Shown: piece after piece, positions 46,070 to 47,293 of the stretch | Layout: every line of letters starts with the position of its first letter | Position numbering within the stretch: position 1 is the stretch's first letter | Assembly (NCBI GenBank): GCA_033764955.1 | Contig: JANRIL010000013.1 | Location: 1-47,293, forward strand | Reading direction: 5' to 3' | Source: Cyanobacteriota bacterium | GTDB taxonomy: Bacteria > Cyanobacteriota > Cyanobacteriia > Thermostichales > Thermostichaceae | Length of the DNA stretch: 47,293 nucleotides | Translations under genes and position numbers: made by a program | The notes under the pieces: model-generated | Seen by the model: the letters and a program-made list of their open reading frames with translations, nothing else | What the model was told of the DNA's origin: nothing | Database searches by the model: none

Positions 46070-47104
46070 ATGGCTTTTTCCGACTCCGAATCGGGTTCTT
46101 CCCCCGAAACCATGCTCTCCATTCTGGTGGTGGATGATGACACAGGCCGGAGAGCCATCAAATTACAGGATTCCACCTATGCCCTCGGACGGGATCCCAG
46201 CAACTCGATTATCCTGCATTCCCCCTCCGTCTCCCGCCAACATGCGCTGCTGGTGGGATCCCCTAATCTGGAAAAGGGTGGCTACTCCTACAAAATTTTG
46301 GATGGCAATACCGAGGGGAAACGCAGCAAAAATGGTATCTCAGTCAACAGCATCAAATGCTTTAGTCAAGAACTAAAAGATGGAGATCTAATTGAATTTG
46401 CTCCGCAGATTCAAGCCCGTTTTTATATGCGGATGATGACCGAATCCGATATTCAACGATACACACAGTCCGCCTCCTTTCACAGTATCAAATCCTCCCC
46501 CCGCGATGGTGTCGAAACCTTTACCATGCAGGATCGTAGCCAACCAGCACTCATCCTCGATCCCAAAGAAACAGAACCCTGTACCATCAAACTCCCCAAA
46601 CAGTCAGCTTTGAAACTAGGGGTGAAATATAAAAATATGGGATTTTATTTCGAGCGATTTTTTCAGTTGGAGCTACGGGAAGCCATTAACCAAGTTCGTC
46701 ATCGCTTGGAAAATCCTCAGGATCCCAGAGAACTCTGCATTTTCTTAGAGGATCCCAGTGGCTACCGTCTCTGTATTTACCAACCCCAGTTGGAAATGCT
46801 TCCCTACGAGCGAATCTTAACCCAGATCATGCAGAAAATGCGGGAGCCGGGACAGGTTCCGATTGCTGACCGCCGTTGGGGATTGCGGGTGTTTAAGAAA
46901 TGCTTCCTGGGATCGGATGCGGTTACGTGGCTGGCGGAATATTTACATGGATCCCGCAGTGAGGCTGTCCGTCTGGGGCAAGACTGTCTAAACAAGGGCT
47001 ATTTTCATCACGTCATGGAACATTCCATCTTTGTCGATGACAAGGGACTCTATCACTTTTCGCAAGGGGGAGGTTCTGAGCCGCGGGTTAACCCCCTCCG
47101 TTGA
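46070..47104 (+). CDS. FHA domain + DEP domain protein
   Basis: FHA: LGRD, VSRQHA, SKNG. DEP: DRRWGLRVFKKCFLGSDAVTWL...SRSEAVRLGQ.CL..GYFHHV...F.D...LYHF. Confidence 0.8.
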   Translation: MAFSDSESGSSPETMLSILVVDDDTGRRAIKLQDSTYALGRDPSNSIILHSPSVSRQHALLVGSPNLEKGGYSYKILDGNTEGKRSKNGISVNSIKCFSQELKDGDLIEFAPQIQARFYMRMMTESDIQRYTQSASFHSIKSSPRDGVETFTMQDRSQPALILDPKETEPCTIKLPKQSALKLGVKYKNMGFYFERFFQLELREAINQVRHRLENPQDPRELCIFLEDPSGYRLCIYQPQLEMLPYERILTQIMQKMREPGQVPIADRRWGLRVFKKCFLGSDAVTWLAEYLHGSRSEAVRLGQDCLNKGYFHHVMEHSIFVDDKGLYHFSQGGGSEPRVNPLR

Positions 47105-47153
47105 AGCTACGCAACCTTTCGTTACAAAAAACCAGGAAACCCTCTCAGGAGGC

Positions 47154-47183
47154 TTGACGAAACTTAACGAAGGGGATTAGATT
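47154..47183 (+). promoter_or_regulatory. Putative psbA sigma70-type promoter with overlapping HLR1-like direct repeat
   Basis: -35 TTGACG (47154), 18-nt spacer, -10 TAGATT (47178); direct repeat TTGACGAA-ac-TTAACGAA. Confidence 0.55.
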
Positions 47184-47228
47184 TGGGGATGTAATCGTTC
47201 AACGCTCTCAAACCGGAGAGCCATCATC

Positions 47229-47293
47229 ATGACTACTGTTATTCAACGTCGCTCATCGAGCAACGTGTGGGAGCAGTTCTGCGAGTGGATTAC
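47229..47293 (+). CDS. psbA: Photosystem II D1 protein, 5' fragment truncated by the window edge
   Basis: Translates as MTTVIQRRSSSNVWEQFCEWI, a typical D1 N-terminus; absent from the ORF track. Confidence 0.93.
   Translation, partial: MTTVIQRRSSSNVWEQFCEWI

Overview
Cyanobacterial chromosomal window. The heavily repeated octamer GGGATCCC, in place of canonical HIP1 GCGATCGC, suggests the Thermostichus / hot-spring Synechococcus lineage. Gene order: a sulfur-handling module (ArsR regulator divergent from persulfide dioxygenase, a frameshifted rhodanese-DUF2892 gene and a SulP transporter); TolC; ABC ATPases; a co-oriented run cp12-ndhN-ldpA-ycf45-like-kaiABC; trpE; a GyrA/ParC paralog; fabG; a divergently split peptide ABC system; a TPR-O-GlcNAc transferase; a GHL10-like protein; a C-DES-like lyase; ssb; smpB; a ManSR-like two-component pair; an SDR; alaS; a receiver plus Hpt-REC-REC-GGDEF pair; two hydrolases; a small Rieske protein; an FHA-DEP protein; and the 5' end of psbA. 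The most notable non-coding feature is a ~210-bp ORF-less IS200/IS605-type mini-element (30602-30811). It sits 3' of TTAC, supplies the neighbouring gene's stop codon, and may retain a TnpB omegaRNA-like scaffold. No rRNA, tRNA or CRISPR array was seen. All calls are from motif reading and recall, with no database searches.
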